In this document: piece by piece, positions 58,100-59,143 of the stretch | Layout of the letters: the number at the start of each line of letters is the position of its first letter | Numbering within the stretch: position 1 is the first letter of the stretch | Virus record (IMG/VR): IMGVR_UViG_3300016659_000208 | Coordinates: 1-59,143 of that record | Strand: one strand, 5' to 3' | Origin: a virus | Lineage: Duplodnaviria > Caudoviricetes | DNA length: 59,143 nucleotides | Program-made: the position numbers and the translations under genes | The notes under the pieces: generated by a model | The model's database searches: none | Told to the model about the DNA's origin: nothing | Seen by the model: only the letters and a program-made list of their open reading frames with translations

Positions 58100-59143
58100 A
58101 TGAACAATGAAGTAGATATTACAGCGATATATAATGACCAGGCGCTAGATACGTGGAGCGATATTGTGGCTAGCTTTGAATATGAAAGATTTGCGTATAA
58201 TTCCATTCCCACAGGCGGTTTTGCATTAGCTTTTTTTGATAATGTTGTAAATTTACCACGAAACGGGGGGCCAGGATATAGTTTGGGATATGCTCCGAAT
58301 TATCAAAAAGATTACTGTAAACAAAACGCGTACAGTGGGTTGCAAGCCGCGTTTTTAGCTATTGGATTTGATAATAAAGGATTATTCGCCGTTGCGGCTG
58401 ATGGGCGTAATGGTATACCTTTATCCGCTGCAAATAATACCCATACAGCTACTGTAAGAGGGGGAGTCTCGGAAAATTACGAAGTTTTCGACACAATAAA
58501 TCTTACGACTTCTCTTAGCACGTATTCTAATTCTTCCACTTTTACAGTAGATCAATCTGCCATAAAAGGTCAATCTATTCCAAATAGAGCAGTAAGAGTG
58601 TTATTACAAAATCATGCGACAAAGTTAATTGTACAATTAAAAGATTCTTCTGAAAAAGAAGAGTTTGATACTATTTACGAAAAAGCGCTACCAGAAAGAG
58701 ACCGGAGAGCATTAAAAGTGGGTTTACTTAATACAAGAAATGATGAAGCAACAAAATTTAATGTAATTAGCTTTAATGTAGCAGGATTCCCTGGTATAGG
58801 CACAACGCAAAAAATAGAGGGTTGCAAGTCTGTAGTTGCTCAAGATACATATGGATTAGTAGATAGTGAGCTATGTGTCGGCAGTGAGTATATAGTAACA
58901 GGCTTACCTAATAAAGTAGTTACCTATACCACAGATACTGTAAAGTATAATTTTAAAAATAGTATATTTACTGGCTCTGGAATTCGGATCACTGGTAATT
59001 CACAGAATTATGTTGTAGGTACGTACGATAATAAACCAACGGTAGGTATATTTAGATATCTCGGAGAAAAGCTAGCTAAGTCAGTATTCATTACAATACC
59101 AAATAACGAACCAGCAAAATGGGCAGATATAGATATGAATACA
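58100..59143 (+). CDS. L-type (legume) lectin-like domain protein, truncated by the window edge; not in the ORF track
   Basis: TAAATA(58087-58092)-N7-ATG; MNNEVDITAIY...GGFALAFF...GGPGYSLGY...FLAIGFD. Confidence 0.6.
   Translation, partial: MNNEVDITAIYNDQALDTWSDIVASFEYERFAYNSIPTGGFALAFFDNVVNLPRNGGPGYSLGYAPNYQKDYCKQNAYSGLQAAFLAIGFDNKGLFAVAADGRNGIPLSAANNTHTATVRGGVSENYEVFDTINLTTSLSTYSNSSTFTVDQSAIKGQSIPNRAVRVLLQNHATKLIVQLKDSSEKEEFDTIYEKALPERDRRALKVGLLNTRNDEATKFNVISFNVAGFPGIGTTQKIEGCKSVVAQDTYGLVDSELCVGSEYIVTGLPNKVVTYTTDTVKYNFKNSIFTGSGIRITGNSQNYVVGTYDNKPTVGIFRYLGEKLAKSVFITIPNNEPAKWADIDMNT

Noticed and set aside
1-59143. Stop-codon reassignment, CRISPR array, tRNA genes, diversity-generating retroelement
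   Set aside because: Core genes are intact under the standard code with TAA, TAG and TGA all used as stops. Intergenic gaps are too short for arrays. I saw no cloverleaf, reverse transcriptase or repeat pair by eye; tRNAscan-SE and a self-dotplot would confirm.
1-59143. Eukaryotic giant-virus origin suggested by the NRS/ER-like enzyme, RFC-like loader and lack of Shine-Dalgarno sites
   Set aside because: gp55 sigma, T4-type terminase, contractile tail and baseplate genes and sigma70-type promoters indicate a bacteriophage

Overview
The window is a 59 kb, AT-rich, gene-dense piece of a large T4-like myophage genome using the standard genetic code. It carries a shuffled T4-type core. Recombination and replication genes are uvsY, uvsW, gp47, gp46, gp43 polB, uvsX, gp41, gp32, gp45, gp61, gp44 and dUTPase, plus the late sigma gp55. 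Packaging and structural genes are gp17 and a distant gp16-like gene, gp14, gp3, gp18, gp19, the baseplate genes and large adhesin-like proteins. Three things stand out beyond the core. (1) A late-expressed left-end cassette (retropepsin-like protease, KxDG ligase-like protein, HxGH nucleotidyltransferase, PD-(D/E)xK-like protein) and many scattered orphan ORFs begin with peptides resembling the T4 capsid-targeting sequence, suggesting an enzyme payload packaged in the head and injected. (2) A QueC-like enzyme that has lost its Zn ligands is paired with a class II glutamine amidotransferase; two glycosyltransferases and an NDP-rhamnose epimerase/reductase also lie inside the replication module, which may indicate an undescribed modification pathway. 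(3) Promoters follow a very regular, apparently leaderless grammar (TTGnnn-N15-17-TAnnnT-N6-start, and TAAATA-N4-7-start), which also reveals a nested in-frame gene. I saw no tRNA, CRISPR array, integrase, intron or intein. All calls come from motif recognition by eye, with no database searches.
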